From the NCBI GenBank assembly GCA_963701095.1, contig OY969564.1, positions 1,376,001-1,440,000 on the forward strand: a stretch of 64,000 bases of DNA, read 5' to 3'. Below the pieces are notes generated by a model. That model saw only the letters and a program-made list of their open reading frames with translations. It did not search any database and was not told the origin of the DNA. Positions 1-10,738 of this stretch are shown piece by piece. This DNA is from an uncultured Methanoregulaceae archaeon. Lineage in GTDB: Archaea; Halobacteriota; Methanomicrobia; Methanomicrobiales; Methanospirillaceae. The translations under genes and the position numbers were made by a program. The first letter of the stretch is position 1; each line of letters starts with the position of its first letter.

Positions 1-1
1 G

Positions 2-124
2 GTGCCGGATCCCCAGAATATACTTCCTGAAAAAATTGGTTTTACTGCACGTTATGCCAGAATCTCACAAGATCTGTCAACAATGTTGGAAGATTATAGA
101 AAGCAGAGATTCGAAGCCATTTAA
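2..124 (+). CDS. 3' end of an unidentified CDS entering the window
   Basis: Open frame VPDPQNILPEKIGFTARYARISQDLSTMLEDYRKQRFEAI* from the window edge. Confidence 0.45.
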   Translation: MPDPQNILPEKIGFTARYARISQDLSTMLEDYRKQRFEAI

Positions 125-271
125 AATCGAACCCGGGTATGGATGAGAAAAACACGATGCAGCCGCAATAAGCAGAGAACCGCGTATCCGGCGTAAAAAT
201 TGATTTCAAAATCTTTATAAGAATACCGGGTCATAATATCGTGCTATAAAACAAATAGAGGTGAAATTTCA

Positions 272-1113
272 ATGGTTGTTAAAGTAGGTGTTGCTAAGTT
301 AGGCAATATTGCAAGTGGTGTAATGGCCGAACTGCTCCTTGACGAGAGGGCAGACCGTGAAGATATGCAGACATTCATGGCGACCAGTGGTACAAGCTCG
401 AGCCGGCAGACGTTGACCGTGTCGTTTCAAACCTGAAAGCGTACAAACCGGACTTCTGTATTGTAGTCTCCCCCAACGGTGTTCTCCCCAGCCCGACCGG
501 TGCCCGTGAACAGCTCGCTGCAGCTGGTATTCCGACTATCATTATCACTGATGATGTGACCACAAAGAAGGAGTGGGAAGGCGTCAAGGCTGACACCAAG
601 TTCGGCTATATTATCATGAAGGCAGACTCCATGATCGGTGCACGCCGTGAGTTCCTCGATCCCGTCGAAATGGCCGACTACAACGGCAATCTCGTCAAAG
701 TCCTCGCAATCACCGGTGCATTCCGCAAACTTCAGATCGCTCTCGACAAGGTCATAGACCAGGTCAAGGCCGGTAAGAAGGGTACTGAAATCGAGCTCCC
801 GAAAATTATCATGACCACCGATAAGGCAGTCGACGGTGAGTTTACCAACCCCTTTGCACTGGCAAAGGCACGCGCTGCCCATGAGATCGCCATGGCTGTT
901 GCAGGCCAGAACGTCAAGGGCTGCTTCATGACCAAGGAATGGGAGAAGTACATCCCGATCGTTGCAAGCGCTCACGAAATGATGAGGGTTGCAGCAGAGC
1001 TCTGCGACCAGGCCCGCGAGCTCGAGAAAGCAGGAGACAGCGTCCTGCGCCAAGCCCACAAGAAGGATGGCACGCTTGTCCGCAAGACCAAACTCGTTGC
1101 AAAATTCGAGTAA
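272..1113 (+). CDS. mtd: F420-dependent methylene-H4MPT dehydrogenase (1-nt frameshift at ~394, likely sequence error)
   Basis: SD GAGGTGA, then [32 protein letters not shown]. Adding one A at ~394 gives [14 protein letters not shown] and joins ORF 556-1113 ([19 protein letters not shown]). Confidence 0.95.
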
Positions 1114-1114
1114 A

Positions 1115-1138
1115 TTTTTTTTCTTTTTCTTTTTTTTA
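1115..1138 (+). terminator. oligo-T archaeal terminator after mtd
   Basis: Long T runs immediately after the TAA. Confidence 0.7.
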
Positions 1139-1163
1139 CTATATTTTGTGACCTTTGACGACG

Positions 1164-2092
1164 TTATCTTCCCTCATTCCGGTAGCAACGGCCGAGATCT
1201 TCTGGCAGAGTCAGGATTATGGGTTCATTGTGAAGACGTTCCATGAACGCCGAGTCGCTTGTTGACAAAGGGTTCGGGTTGATCCTGGAGATGAGCGAAC
1301 AGAACGCCGAGAAATCCTTTGTTTTATCTCGGCTAAAAAAGATGGCCATATTAAAAGCATAGGTACCGAGTTTCCGGTAAAACTGGAGGACGTTGAGGAT
1401 TCCATCAGCAAGAAGTTCGGAATCAGCTCCCCAATTCATTCAATTGACATACTGGCAGGATACCCCGCACTTCACGTTCTCCCATTGGCACAGCATGGGC
1501 AGACCAGAGAATCTCATCACCGAAAAGATACCGGTCTGACGATAATTCCTGTTCCCGTACGACATCCCAGGTACTGTCTCCCTTCCTTTTGAGCGTATTC
1601 TTTACTTACAGATAGGTACCGCTCTGCTACCAACGATGGCCGGGGATCTGAGATCCCTTGCATGTGAGGATGGATCATACTAGCCCCGGCCGAAGGCAGG
1701 TAATTCCAGTTAATGCTTGGATATCCGTCATAGAGAAGAAGTGATGCGATCTGGGCATTGAGTGCATCCGTAATCTGTTGCTTGCTAAAGGTGGATACCA
1801 TATGGTCCTTCGTGATCACTGTTACAGTATGCCAAGCGGCGAACGGGAACATGTTGGGAAAAGTGACACTTTCCCCCTGTAGTATACGGGATCCGTCCGG
1901 GAATGTCGGGGTTACAGAAAAGATATTTTCCCGGCAGAACGGGCAGCCGGCAGATTTCCCGGGAAGATAAAGTGGCTGATCGATACGCCGTTTGAGTCGT
2001 TCCGGACTGATCCTGCATCTAAAGCCGGTCAGGTTTTCCTCACGATATTGTAATGATCCCCGTCCGGTCGCGACTTCAATTGCGGTAAACAT
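1164..2092 (-). CDS. galactose-1-phosphate uridylyltransferase family (GalT/HIT-like), two apparent frameshifts (~1570, ~1430)
   Basis: CPFC, FPNMFPF and AGASMIHPHMQ motifs. The frame continues QYWDVVREQE...AHAVPMGEREVRG and then ELLADGIL...ISRINPN. Confidence 0.85.
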
Positions 2093-2273
2093 ATCCTCTC
2101 ATGTTAGAATACTGTCACGGACAAGATAGACGTTTCCACGTCGTTTTCCATTTGCACCTGAATGAAATACAACGAGCCATTAAAAATCCCTAAAAAAGAA
2201 AAAGATTTTTTTTATCTGCCAGTGGCCCCATGTGGGACCTGTATCGGCGGGGTAAGTGCGGCAGGATTTCTGC

Positions 2274-3260
2274 TCAGACGATATACTTGCCGAGGAGGCG
2301 GATAGAGGTGGTCATATCGGGACCAAGTGGTGAACCAAAGATGATCTGGGTGACGCCGGCCTTTGTGAGGTCCTCGCACTTTGCCTTGACCATTTCAGGT
2401 GTACCTGCAATGGTGAACGCATCGATCTCTTTGTCTCCTACGAGCTCTCCAACGGTTTTGAAGTCAAACTTGCCAAGTGCTTCTTTAATCTTAGCAACGT
2501 TATGGAGGTCAAGACCATGGCGAGTCAGGAGTTCCGGTGGAGAACCAGCGGCGATAAAGGCGGCGACAATTTTTGCTGCATTGCGGGCCTTTTTCTCGCT
2601 CATGTCAATGGACATGGCGGTATATGCACCGATATCGAAGTTCTTCTTGCCGGCTGCATCACATGCCTTTTTGATGATCGGGATGGCAACCTGGAAGTCC
2701 TTGGGGTTAGAGGCGTTGATAAGGGCACCGTCACCGACTTTTCCGGCGAGCTCAAGAACCTTGGGGCCCTGTGCACCTACGTACACCGGGATACCCTTCT
2801 TGCCGGGAAGCGTGACACCGGTAAGCTTAGCACCGTCGTAATCAAAGAACTTCATGCCAGACTTTTTAATTTCCTCGCCTGCAACGAGCTTGCGGATCTG
2901 CACGATTGCTTCTTCGAGCCGGGCAACGGGTTTCTCGGGCTGAATTGCAATCTTGGGGAGAGTCGAAAGGTCGCCAGGTCCGATACCGAGGACTGCACGT
3001 CCATCGGAGATTTCGTTAAGTGTACACATGAACGAGGCCATTGCGGCCGGGGTGTCCGTAAACGAGTTCATGATGCCTGGACCCATCTTCAGGGTGGTTG
3101 TGGCCTGTGCTACTGCTGCGAGGACTGCGTAGCAGTGGCGGTTGTTGTAGTGGTTAGTGATCCATGCAAAGTCAATATCCTTAGATTCAGCAAGTTTGCA
3201 GAAGTTGACAACCTGCTTTACATTGACATTTCCGGGTACAAATTCAATTCCATATGTCAA
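2274..3260 (-). CDS. mer: F420-dependent methylene-H4MPT reductase
   Basis: YGIEFVP, WITNHYNNR, GAQGPK, FGSPLGP. TTG start behind SD GAGGTGA. Confidence 0.97.
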   Translation of the reverse strand: MTYGIEFVPGNVNVKQVVNFCKLAESKDIDFAWITNHYNNRHCYAVLAAVAQATTTLKMGPGIMNSFTDTPAAMASFMCTLNEISDGRAVLGIGPGDLSTLPKIAIQPEKPVARLEEAIVQIRKLVAGEEIKKSGMKFFDYDGAKLTGVTLPGKKGIPVYVGAQGPKVLELAGKVGDGALINASNPKDFQVAIPIIKKACDAAGKKNFDIGAYTAMSIDMSEKKARNAAKIVAAFIAAGSPPELLTRHGLDLHNVAKIKEALGKFDFKTVGELVGDKEIDAFTIAGTPEMVKAKCEDLTKAGVTQIIFGSPLGPDMTTSIRLLGKYIV

Positions 3261-3602
3261 GGCTTGTTCACCTCATGGAGTATTACCGTCCGCGCATTTA
3301 AATAAATTATCATTTAATGCTGCACCGGCGAATACGTGGCATAAATTAGCGCCCGATTCCCGGCATTTAAGAAACCGAATCCCGAAACTGGCGATAATCC
3401 GGAAAAAAGCAAGGGGCACAGCGACTTAATTCTCGTTTCTTGTCATGGCTTTAGTAAGCCTTTATCTGGCGATTGTGGATATGGTGATAACCATCCGGTA
3501 CATTTTTTTAGATGGGTATATCCTATAAGATATTGAACTTCAGGAATGTATATTTAAACAGTTATTAGAGGATTCTATCCACAATTACCTACAGGAGATC
3601 TA

Positions 3603-5846
3603 ATGAGGATACTTGCAATTGGCATGGGAGGCGCCGGCTGCCGGATTGCTGCGGCCCTGTATGCCAATGACCGGAAAAGTAGTAAAGTGGCGTGTGTTCA
3701 GGTACTTGTTGCCGATACAGACAGTGATACATTAACAAAGTTAGGTGCTCTCCCGGAACATGCAAAGATCGATTTTTCCGGGAGTGAACCTGACATTATG
3801 CGGCAGGTTACCGGCCCCTCCGGTACAGCCACCATAGATACCGGGGAGATTATTTCCCGGTTCCAGAATATAGAACGAGGCGAAACTGATGCAATAATGA
3901 TCTGTTGCGGTCTTGGCGGCAGAATGGCGGATGAAGTGCCTCGCCTTATTACGGCGCTCAGGGCCTCAGTCACCGAACCTATATTCGGTCTGGTTACCCT
4001 GCCAGCCCTTTCGGAGGGGGAGAAAAGATCAGCAAAAGCGGCCGATGATATTGATAATATCAGTCCCCTGCTCGATGGAACTATTCTGTTTGATAATGAA
4101 ACATGGTCAAAAAAAACAGCCGGACGCAGAGACGAGCTGCTTGAGGAGCTTGCAAAGCCGGGTTTCTTTAACCGTGGAAAGAACCAGCCGGAGTTGTCCG
4201 CCAAGGATATCACCAATAAACTCCTCAACCAGAATATTGTCAGGAGAATAAGCCTTATTTTGCGGGCCGGTGAGTTTCGGGCTGACGGCGGCATTGAGCT
4301 TGCTGAAGTCGTGATGGATTCGAGCGAGGTCCTCAATACAATAAAGGGAATGGGGTTTATCTCGATCGGCTATGCCGTAGAACACCTTTCAAAGGGCCCT
4401 CTTGCATTTCTCTCGCGGTTACGTACTACTGATGCCTCCTTGGAACAAAGAAAAAGTGCAGAAAGGATAATTGAGCTTGCCAAGAAGGCTATCTACCAGG
4501 AGGTCTCGATTCCCTGCGACATGACCAGCGCGGCAAAAGCATTGATCCTTGTGGCAGGCCCTTCCCATGAGATATCGATGAAAGGGTTTATGACCGTACG
4601 TAAATGGATTGATCGCAGTATTGCAGGTATGGAGATGAGATCGGGAGATTATCCGGTCACAAACTCAGAAAATGTGGCAATAATCGTGGTTTTAAGTGGA
4701 CTTGAAAACATTCCCCGGTTAACCGAAATCCGGGAGATACGAGAGCAGTACACTCCGGGCGTTTCCCGGAATATCTCCGCATCCCTCAATTTACAACCGT
4801 CAGTTAACCTGCAAAAGAACGGTGATGCTGGTGAGATAACCGCTGTCCGGGGAGGGGGAAACCTGAGGGATGAGATGATCAGTCTTTCCAGAGAAAAGCC
4901 AAAAAGGAGAAGCTCCCCGTATAGTTCTGATACGGAAATTCACAAAGTCACCGACACCTCATCACCAGCCATCCGGACACCTCCCCCAGCGAGTTCTGAT
5001 GATTCACCTAAACAGATGGTGAGACCACGAATTCATGAAGAGGCACGAAGTGAAACCGGAAAATCGGCTTTTTCTCCAGACGCCCATCACGCAATATCCG
5101 GGAAACCTTTCGTTTCACACAAAACATCGACTTCCACACCTCACGCACAGGACGTTCAGCCACCAGTAAGGAAACCCCTTGCATCCGGATACGAGGGAAA
5201 CCTCCCGCTGAAACCTACGCCGGTAAAAACAAAAACTCTTGATAACCAGTCAATCGATTGGGATCAGCAGGGGCGACAGAATATCAACAAGCCCGGAGTT
5301 TCTCAGGAAAGAGTTACTCATACATCCCCGTTCAAGGTCCATATATCCGGGCAACAAGAGAACAAAACCATTATTGGGAGAGTTTCTTCCAGGAAACCTG
5401 TATACGGGAGAGCCACCATTCCTGAACCCGTTGCAGCGACGCCAGAAAAGACCGAAAGAACGATTATCCGGCAACGGAAAAAGGAGCCGGAAAGAGAAAC
5501 GGAATTGGCGGATGAAGAACCGGGTGTGCATAAAGATCAGTACCTGCAGGAAGAATTCGAGTCGACGGGAGAAAGGGAAAAAATACGGGATGTCCCCCCG
5601 CCAGAGGAAATTAAATTCAGTACAAAAGTGCGTCCAGCTCGTGACGACATCTTCTTTGGGAAATCTGTCTCGCTTAAAGAACCATTAAAAGTAAAAGATG
5701 GCGCGCTCCTTCACACAGAGATAAAAACCAAAAAAGTCAGGCCCGGTATGGACGCCGAGGAAGAGTCAGGAAGAAAAGAACGTGTATCACAGTCTCCAAA
5801 AAAGAAGAGCGGGAAAATATCTATGGATGACGACAACCAATCGTGA
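3603..5846 (+). CDS. tubulin/FtsZ family, CetZ-like protein with long low-complexity C-terminal tail
   Basis: MRILAIGMGGAGCRI, LFDNETW, VMDSSEVLNT (CetZ-type T7 loop), RSGDYP. Residues ~385-747 are rich in P/S/T/K/E. Confidence 0.85.
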   Translation: MRILAIGMGGAGCRIAAALYANDRKSSKVACVQVLVADTDSDTLTKLGALPEHAKIDFSGSEPDIMRQVTGPSGTATIDTGEIISRFQNIERGETDAIMICCGLGGRMADEVPRLITALRASVTEPIFGLVTLPALSEGEKRSAKAADDIDNISPLLDGTILFDNETWSKKTAGRRDELLEELAKPGFFNRGKNQPELSAKDITNKLLNQNIVRRISLILRAGEFRADGGIELAEVVMDSSEVLNTIKGMGFISIGYAVEHLSKGPLAFLSRLRTTDASLEQRKSAERIIELAKKAIYQEVSIPCDMTSAAKALILVAGPSHEISMKGFMTVRKWIDRSIAGMEMRSGDYPVTNSENVAIIVVLSGLENIPRLTEIREIREQYTPGVSRNISASLNLQPSVNLQKNGDAGEITAVRGGGNLRDEMISLSREKPKRRSSPYSSDTEIHKVTDTSSPAIRTPPPASSDDSPKQMVRPRIHEEARSETGKSAFSPDAHHAISGKPFVSHKTSTSTPHAQDVQPPVRKPLASGYEGNLPLKPTPVKTKTLDNQSIDWDQQGRQNINKPGVSQERVTHTSPFKVHISGQQENKTIIGRVSSRKPVYGRATIPEPVAATPEKTERTIIRQRKKEPERETELADEEPGVHKDQYLQEEFESTGEREKIRDVPPPEEIKFSTKVRPARDDIFFGKSVSLKEPLKVKDGALLHTEIKTKKVRPGMDAEEESGRKERVSQSPKKKSGKISMDDDNQS

Positions 5847-5847
5847 A

Positions 5848-6801
5848 TCAGCGATTATTATCTGCTATTTTTGAAAAAGGAATGTTCCCGGCGCCGATCT
5901 CTGTCCGTATTGAAATGCCCTGTTCGACACAGTTGCCGATATGGTTGAGACCACTGAATGCAACAATGGAGAGCCGGTAGGGATTCTCCGGCAGGTTGAA
6001 TACCTGGTGACCAAAGGTAACCGGGTAAACAAAACCGCATTCGTTCATGCGCCGGATAGTTTCTTCAACATCGCTCCGTGCAGAACTGGGAACTTCACGG
6101 ACATTTGCAAGAGCTATACCGGTTTTTGTTCGTGAAAAATCATGAATCGAAGTCAGACCTGAGGAGATGAACAGTTCGAGGGGATCGATCGTTGTTCCCC
6201 GGTATCCGATAAGATCGCGAAACCGCCGTGGAACATTATCTTCAATCTCCAGCCTTCCCCCATATGCCATTTTCACCGGGATGCCGTTTCTTTGAAAGAC
6301 ACCATCCATGGTAATGCTGCATAAGGTAATGATCCCAACACAGTCCTGAGGTACCCTGGAATCGTTATCGAGGATCCGGTAAGAATTAAAAAAACCACAA
6401 CCGGCCTTGATGACTTCATCAAATGCAATGATTACCCGGTCGAGATCTTCCTTACGGACAAAGGAAAGATTGTACGCCACATCCCCTGTCCCGGAAGCAG
6501 GATCAAACGTGCTCCGGTACGCAAGCCGCTCGAGTTTGGATATAATAAATCCGATACGGTCATCAACGAGCGCATTATCTGTTTCCTGAAAACCGGCGGG
6601 TGTCAGGATCCGACCCTGATTTCCGACCTTTTCAGTAAATCCCATCGAATCCAGGTAACTCAGGTAATATTGAACGGCGCGGTCACTTAATACAAAACCC
6701 CGCTCCGCCATCAGTTCCGAGAGCCGTTTTGCCCCGACCGGTTCATGGTGTTCCTTGAGGATGCGCAGGATCTCGATATATTTTCGTTCCGTGCGAATCA
6801 T
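5848..6801 (-). CDS. nrpR: NrpR-family nitrogen repressor (wHTH plus one NRD/DUF128 domain; NrpRI-like)
   Basis: EILRIL...GAKRLS...RAVQYYL HTH, TLCSITMDG, YRGTTIDPLELF. Confidence 0.85.
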   Translation of the reverse strand: MIRTERKYIEILRILKEHHEPVGAKRLSELMAERGFVLSDRAVQYYLSYLDSMGFTEKVGNQGRILTPAGFQETDNALVDDRIGFIISKLERLAYRSTFDPASGTGDVAYNLSFVRKEDLDRVIIAFDEVIKAGCGFFNSYRILDNDSRVPQDCVGIITLCSITMDGVFQRNGIPVKMAYGGRLEIEDNVPRRFRDLIGYRGTTIDPLELFISSGLTSIHDFSRTKTGIALANVREVPSSARSDVEETIRRMNECGFVYPVTFGHQVFNLPENPYRLSIVAFSGLNHIGNCVEQGISIRTEIGAGNIPFSKIADNNR

Positions 6802-7241
6802 ACCTCTTTTGCCCCCACTGCCCCGGTACTGTCCTGGTATCGCCCGGCGTACCGTTCGCTTCCGTTTCTTACCTCGTGCAAAATCATTTGCACAATACGC
6901 TCTGACTCTTTGAGCTCAATATCCTGCGGCCCCATGTTTGTCAGGCAGAGCGTCAGTTGCCCGCGAAAACCCGGATCGATAAAACCAGCACCCATAAGGA
7001 CCCCTCGCCGGCCAAAGGATGACCGGCAGCGAAGTGTCCCGGCAACATCCGGAGGAAGCTCTACCCATTCCATACTCGGTACAAGCGAACACAAGCCCCG
7101 GGGAAGAAGGATATTTTCGGCAGACCGGAGGTCATAGGATGCTGGCTGCTGGCATTCCGCTGCATAAGGACTGATTTTTAGTGTTTCCTGTGCCTGTTTA
7201 CTGCACAGCCGACGAGCAATCTCCTGAGCAGACAGAATCAT
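6798..7241 (-). CDS. dcd: dCTP deaminase/dUTPase family
   Basis: QPASYDLR, RSSFGRRG, GFIDPGFRGQLTL, YAGRYQ. Confidence 0.9.
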   Translation of the reverse strand: MILSAQEIARRLCSKQAQETLKISPYAAECQQPASYDLRSAENILLPRGLCSLVPSMEWVELPPDVAGTLRCRSSFGRRGVLMGAGFIDPGFRGQLTLCLTNMGPQDIELKESERIVQMILHEVRNGSERYAGRYQDSTGAVGAKEV

Positions 7242-7297
7242 TCATTAGTTTATCGGTAGAGAATGCTTAATATCTTTTGATAGAGATACGTTGGGAA

Positions 7298-7369
7298 GGA
7301 TCCATGGGGTAGAGGACATCCTCTTGGGCTTCGAACCCAAGGACGCGGGTTCGATTCCCGCTGGGTCCG
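7298..7369 (+). tRNA. tRNA-Arg(TCG)
   Basis: Cloverleaf. Anticodon arm TTGGG-CTTCGAA-CCCAA, T-loop TTCGATT. Confidence 0.93.
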
Positions 7370-7471
7370 TTTTCAGTCACCGCACTAAACCGGTAAATTT
7401 TCAGATTATTATATCAACAGATACACAACAATTTTTCCCAAACGGACAATTTTTTATGGGAAAAAAATTGA

Positions 7472-8860
7472 TTAGATTTCGTTACGCTTTATAACATGGT
7501 GACGGTTCCTGCGACCGGCAAGCCTGATGACTGCAAATATGAAAAGTACTATAAGGATCCCGATCCCGACAAGAGTCACAAATCCCCAGTCCATATTTCT
7601 TTGGAGCGTAATGGTTAGGGGAGAGGTAGTATTGCCAAAAGAAACTTCCTGCTGAACGGTCTGGGGCACATATCCGGCGTCAGTTACGGTGATGTTATTG
7701 GCTGTGTTGTAGGTGAGCTGTATCTCTATCTGACCATGTGAATCAGTTGTTCCCATAACAGCCCCATTCAGCATAACAGTGGCCCCTGCAACATTTTTCT
7801 GGTCAGGGTCCTGGACATAGAGAGGCTGGTTTACTGAGGCTGGGGAAAGAACAACCGGGAATTCACTTGATTCATTAACTATGCTAATCTTCTGGCTTAC
7901 CGGCGAATACCCGGCCTTACTTACAACAACAGTGTAGGTGCCCGGAGTAAGATCCTGAAGAGTAGCTCGACCGAACTCTGTCGTATTGGCCAGTAGTGTT
8001 CCGTCCAGAGACACACTTGCGCCGTTTATGGGCTTGTTCTGCTGATCAAACACCAAAATAAAGCCGGTAACCGGAACCGGAGTGAGAGTAATTGGATCAA
8101 CAGCTTCATTGGAACTGATCGTAAGGATCTGGTTTAAGGTCTGGTATCCCGATTTTGTCGCCTGAATTGAAACCGGCGTGTTCCGGCTTATCGGGAAAAT
8201 CAGGACTCCCCGCGAATCGGTCATTCCCACGAGGACGCCATTGACACTGATGACAGCACCCGGAACCGGGGCTAGACTATTCGCATCTTTTACCACAAAA
8301 GAGTACTGGTTTTCCGATAACAGCCAGTACTGAACATTCTGATCCTGATCTTCAACTTCAATGGTCTCAGACCGGGGCTGGTAATTGGGTGCAGTAATAT
8401 TGAGTGAATAAAAGGTAAAAGAAGTGACACCAAACGATGCAGAACCTGTTGCATCAGAAACTGAAGTCTGGGATGTGTTTGATGAAGTCAGAAACAAACT
8501 AACTCCCGATACCGGCGCCAGTGAGTTGGAATCAAAGAGAGAGACATTAACAACCAGGGATTGACGGTTTAACGTAACGGAAAGGTTTGTAACATTTCCA
8601 CCAACAATTCCTGACCAGTCTTCATAGCCATGCATCGAGATGAGGAGATTAAGATCTCCCTGGCCGGACTGGATCAGGAACTGGCCTGCATTATCGGTCA
8701 TTCCGACATTCACGCCGTTAAGCATAACTGTTGCGTGGGGAATCGTTGAGTTGTCTAGACTATCCTGCACCGTGATAAGCAGGTTCGTCGCCTGAACTGC
8801 GCCGCAGAATGCGATAATACAAAGCAACGCAAAAAGGAAACGAATACGAGAGGAATTCAT
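7472..8860 (-). CDS. secreted, membrane-anchored protein with repeated carboxypeptidase-regulatory/PEGA-like beta domains
   Basis: Signal peptide, repeated GAxVxLNG...GxTDxxG units, C-terminal TM helix and basic tail. Confidence 0.8.
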   Translation of the reverse strand: MNSSRIRFLFALLCIIAFCGAVQATNLLITVQDSLDNSTIPHATVMLNGVNVGMTDNAGQFLIQSGQGDLNLLISMHGYEDWSGIVGGNVTNLSVTLNRQSLVVNVSLFDSNSLAPVSGVSLFLTSSNTSQTSVSDATGSASFGVTSFTFYSLNITAPNYQPRSETIEVEDQDQNVQYWLLSENQYSFVVKDANSLAPVPGAVISVNGVLVGMTDSRGVLIFPISRNTPVSIQATKSGYQTLNQILTISSNEAVDPITLTPVPVTGFILVFDQQNKPINGASVSLDGTLLANTTEFGRATLQDLTPGTYTVVVSKAGYSPVSQKISIVNESSEFPVVLSPASVNQPLYVQDPDQKNVAGATVMLNGAVMGTTDSHGQIEIQLTYNTANNITVTDAGYVPQTVQQEVSFGNTTSPLTITLQRNMDWGFVTLVGIGILIVLFIFAVIRLAGRRNRHHVIKRNEI

Positions 8861-8918
8861 AATAAATTATCCCCCTCTGCTCGTATTTTATCCCATCGGT
8901 TCCCATGACCGGTTTTCT

Positions 8919-10444
8919 TTATAGTTCCGACAGGGAAGGTACCCGGTCAAGGAGCATACCTTCCACAATTACCGGCACGAGATGGCGCCCTTCTTCTACT
9001 GCTTTCTGGAGCCGCCATTGTCGTTCAGCATAAATCGTAAAGAGCGGTTCGCCAGCCTTGATAAGTTTTCCTTTCTTTGCATGAAGCAGGATCCCGGCCC
9101 CCCGATCATGAGGTGCTCCGGCAATACGCGCAAGCGATATCAGGGAAATGTTGTTCATTTCTATGACATATCCGGACACCGGGGAATTAACTACAAACTG
9201 GTGTTCGCCAGGCATAATATCATCTGACCTGACCTTGGGGTTTCCGCCCTGGATCTCAATAATCTGCCTGAATTTCTCGAGTGCCTTTCCTTTGGTGAGT
9301 ATATCCTGCGCCATCTGGGCGCCGGTCCCCGAGCCGCTTTACCGGACATCTCAAGCGCAATGCCGGCGAGAGAGACGCTTTTCTGGATAAATGAGTTAGG
9401 CTCTGTCGCACCTTCAAGCACCCGAAGAGCTTCTTTGACCTCAAGATTGGGGCCGATACTATAGCCGACCGGGACATCCCCATACGTGAGGGCACATTCG
9501 ACTTTCATACCGAGACGTTCGCCAAGCTCAATAAACTCGCGGGCAAGTTTCCTGCCATCCTGGATCGTCGCTACTTTGGTATGGTTGCCCACCGGGATGT
9601 CAATGACCACAAGGTTTGCCCCAACTGCAAATTTTTTTGCCATCACACTTGCAAGCATCTGGCCGCGGGCATCTATCTTGAACGGGTATTCCTGGAGGAT
9701 GATACGATCGTCCGCCGGGGCAATATTGGTGGCTCCACCCCAGACTATTGTCCCTCCAACACTTTCGGTCATCTCCTGAACTTCGTGCGCGGAGAACTCG
9801 ACATTGGCAAGTACTTCCATAAGATCGGCTGTCCCGGCCGCACCGGTAATGGCCCGGGAACTGGTTTTTGGGATTTTGAGACCGCTTGCGGCTATGATGG
9901 GGACCACAAGAAGTGAGATTTTGTTGCCCGGGACTCCTCCGATAGAATGTTTGTCCACTATGGGACGCGATGCAAATTTTATCTGGTCCCCGGTTTCGAC
10001 CATGGCCCGGGTGAGATGCTCTACTTCATCCATATCGAGAGGATTGATGTATGACGCAGTAATGAATGCAGTAAGTTCGGCGGCGGAGATATCATCGTTA
10101 ACAACGTCTTTTATAATTGTCAGGGTCTCGTCCTTTGAAAGACGCCCGCCATCCATCTTCTTTTTGATAAAATCGAGCGATGCAGGCCGATCAGCTTCCC
10201 GGATATCCGCCTCTTCACCCTGGACAAGGTTCAGCCGCTGGTTGGTACTCCGGTAAACGCCGGCACTTCCCTGCCCTTCCAGAGTGGAAGTAGTAGCCAC
10301 AACGGCAGTGACCGCGACCCCGTTTTTCGGGTTAATTACTTGGACCCGATCACCGTCCAGCACACCAATGCTTCGTGCATCGAGACGGTTGAGCAGTATT
10401 CCGCGTCGAGCCGCGATATCAAGGATTTTTACGGTAAGTTTCAT
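8919..10444 (-). CDS. AMP phosphorylase (thymidine phosphorylase family), frameshift at ~9328
   Basis: [27 protein letters not shown]. Adding one G joins GKAARG to [10 protein letters not shown]. Confidence 0.93.
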
Positions 10445-10738
10445 AGACAAATCGCCACGCTTCTGAACAATCCTTTCCCGGGAAGAATGTCCTTTGTGTT
10501 AATGGAAGATAGGGCGGTTCATCATAAAAAATCTCATTTCGTGCAGGTTGCGCTGGTATTTGATGGCATCCCGGTACCTTTTAGCAATGATACCCGGTGC
10601 ATAAGACAGACTTCTGAAAGGAGTGAGAATAATTTTGGATATAAGGCGTATATCGCCGTAATAGAGTTTATGAATGTACTAATCAGGAAGAGATATCTGT
10701 TAGAAACAGACGAAAAAAAGAAAAATTTAGATTTTAGT

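Noticed and set aside
427..3305. Long antisense ORFs over mtd and mer (also 38902-39861 over mptA, 19607-20398, 23873-24658, 58948-59589)
   Set aside because: Shadow frames of codon-biased genes, with no recognisable motifs
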